The translations under genes were made by a program, and so were the position numbers. The notes beneath the pieces were generated by a model. That model searched no databases and was not told the DNA's origin. It worked only from the letters and a program-made list of their open reading frames with translations. Positions 62,340-64,000 of a stretch of 64,000 nucleotides of DNA are shown in pieces. Each line of letters opens with the position of its first letter. The first letter of the stretch is position 1. The stretch spans positions 31,623 to 95,622 of the forward strand of contig JAFQWV010000027.1 of NCBI GenBank assembly GCA_017407325.1, written 5' to 3'. Source of the stretch: Clostridia bacterium. Lineage in GTDB: Bacteria; Bacillota; Clostridia; Christensenellales; Borkfalkiaceae.

Positions 62340-64000
62340 TTAACCATTTAATACTACGCCGTAAATTTCGGCTTGAGCATCAGTAAGTTGACCAGCATCA
62401 TAAAGCTTTTGCGCTTTACTTACGATTGTATCACTTTCAATTGCATCACTTTCAGCGATAATTGATACGCCGTTGATTGTAATCGTCATATCAACGTTTA
62501 ATGCGTTTTGTGCTTTTGCTGAATCAATACCAGTTATTGAAAGGTTTGCAAGATATCCACTTTGATTTTCGTTATAAGCAATATTAAGAACATCAACGTT
62601 TACGTTTGCACTAGAACCATTTGTAAGGTTAGCAACGTTAAACACAGCACTTGCATTTAAAGTTAAACCATTTAAAGCGTTTTCGTTTGCATCAACGATA
62701 GTTACAACGTAACCAAATCTAACTGCTGGACTTTCAGCACTCTTTCTAAAACTAATACCTAAATATTCAGCCTTAGCAAATGCATTTACATCACCAAACT
62801 TGCCAATATAAGTATAACCAAAATCTGAAATTTGAATTTCTTTAATATAAGTACTTGATTGCGAACCGTCAACTTCAAATCTGTAAACGCCATTTTCAGT
62901 TGTAACATATTCAAAATCTTTAAATGCACCTGCCGTTGTCGTAACCGTTGAAAGTGCAGTAGTACTATTATTATTATAGAAGGAAGATGCTACTTCTCTA
63001 CCCGAGTATATTGTAACAACAATTTTAGTGTTAGCTTCAGCAAAGAATTCAATATATGCACCATCTTTACCTTTTATCATACTATAAGATACATTATCAA
63101 TAGTTTGTGCTTCAACACCCCAATTGTTTGAACTGTTAGTTCCTAATGTATATCCCGCTTCTTGAGCATCATCAGCCGTTGTATAATTGTTAAAATCATA
63201 AGAAACAGCAGGTGTTAATAATGAGATATTAGCAGTTACTGTTGCGTTTGATACATCGTAACCAGTCTTCGCTTTTAAAGTACCAATAACAACGCCGTCA
63301 GCATATTCACCCCAAACAACTTCAAATTGAACCTCATCAATTGTTACAATTGCAGGTAAAGCGTCGTATATACCGTCTTGAGTAGCAGTAATATTAAGTG
63401 AAGTACTTGCAACAGCAATTTCTTTTACGATAACTTGCATTGTAGGAGCGGCTGCAGTTACGTCGTAGACGTTAGCGTCTACTGTTACGTTACCAGTTAA
63501 AGTATAGTTTTGAAGTTTGGTTGCGTCGTAATCTTTATCCCATTTCCAAGTTACAGGCAAAGAATATTCGCCAGAAGTAACTACGGTAGGAAGTTCGATT
63601 TCGTCTATTGCAGTTCCAAAATCAATTTCTACGTTAGAAACAGCGTCATATTCAGTGATTGAAGGCTTAACGAAGTTAGCGTCAAGTTCCCAAACTGCTT
63701 TAAAGGTTGTGTCAGAATTGATTGGAACTGTTGTAATATCAATTACAGTTGAACCGTCAGTTGACCAACCTAAGAAATTGTAACCAGTCTTAGTAGGTGC
63801 TGTAGGGGCAGACGTTAAAGTTTTACCTTCTTCAACAGTTACAGCTGCAACTTCGCTACCACCGTCAGTATCAAATGATACGGTGTAGTTAGTTACCAAC
63901 GGAGTGATTTCAACATCATAGATAAAAAACTTTCTGGCAGTTCCTGAATTACCACACATCAATGCCGCGTTAGCTGTAAAAACAGTGGTTCCTTTATCTA
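62340..64000 (-). CDS. Listeria-Bacteroides repeat / Ig-like / beta-sandwich module protein, N-terminus beyond the window edge
   Basis: The reading frame stays open to position 64000, upstream of the TTG/ATG given in the ORF track. Contains YTVSFDTDGG...YNFLGWS...FKAVW, a module ending STYIKEIQIS, and a C-terminal ISFR...AVRF domain like the giant protein's C-terminus. Confidence 0.85.
   Translation of the reverse strand, partial: DKGTTVFTANAALMCGNSGTARKFFIYDVEITPLVTNYTVSFDTDGGSEVAAVTVEEGKTLTSAPTAPTKTGYNFLGWSTDGSTVIDITTVPINSDTTFKAVWELDANFVKPSITEYDAVSNVEIDFGTAIDEIELPTVVTSGEYSLPVTWKWDKDYDATKLQNYTLTGNVTVDANVYDVTAAAPTMQVIVKEIAVASTSLNITATQDGIYDALPAIVTIDEVQFEVVWGEYADGVVIGTLKAKTGYDVSNATVTANISLLTPAVSYDFNNYTTADDAQEAGYTLGTNSSNNWGVEAQTIDNVSYSMIKGKDGAYIEFFAEANTKIVVTIYSGREVASSFYNNNSTTALSTVTTTAGAFKDFEYVTTENGVYRFEVDGSQSSTYIKEIQISDFGYTYIGKFGDVNAFAKAEYLGISFRKSAESPAVRFGYVVTIVDANENALNGLTLNASAVFNVANLTNGSSANVNVDVLNIAYNENQSGYLANLSITGIDSAKAQNALNVDMTITINGVSIIAESDAIESDTIVSKAQKLYDAGQLTDAQAEIYGVVLNG

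Noticed and set aside
1-64000. tRNA, rRNA, tmRNA, transposase, integrase and cas genes
   Set aside because: Reading both strands I found none. There is no GTTCGAATC-type T-arm with a matching acceptor stem and no rRNA-like conserved blocks. No ORF has DDE, serine-recombinase or tyrosine-recombinase hallmarks.

Overview
AT-rich chromosomal segment from an endospore-forming Firmicute (Clostridia-like: spoIIGA-sigE, sigG, ylmC/ymxH and spoVB are present). About 60% is ordinary core metabolism and information processing: four aminoacyl-tRNA ligases (glnS, glyQS, aspS, class I lysK), pflBA, a trimeric HydABC-type [FeFe] hydrogenase operon, parEC, two class I/II aminotransferases, kdgK, a THF riboswitch with folT, ABC transporters, mscS and a Fic protein. 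I found no rRNA, tRNA, CRISPR array, transposase or integrase. Two things stand out. (1) A 13.8-kb single ORF (46578-60419, 4613 aa) encodes a secreted giant protein. It has about 25 Listeria-Bacteroides repeats, a GH88/GH105-like domain and at least 7 copies of an unassigned beta-sandwich-like module. A second, edge-truncated repeat protein plus a 42-aa acidic mini-ORF lie upstream. (2) There is a family of noncoding repeat islands (1-115, 23586-23752, 43437-44100, 60633-62004). They are built from arrays of sequence-unrelated perfect hairpins separated by a constant, array-specific 7-9 nt word. In the largest island these arrays are interleaved with three copies of a 184-bp internally base-pairable element and other shared modules. 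I cannot assign this word-plus-variable-hairpin architecture to any repeat class I know, and it is my best candidate for something undescribed. Smaller oddities: HydA has TSCSPGW in place of the canonical TSCCPxW H-cluster motif. The class I LysRS has a deviant KMSKS-equivalent loop. A DUF1538 gene is followed by two P-II-like genes. Two paralogous double-HTH genes sit in tandem. A recurrent AATCGAC-type palindrome marks gene junctions. Several ORF-track starts were moved using Shine-Dalgarno and promoter positions. All functional calls come from motif recognition by eye; no database search was run.
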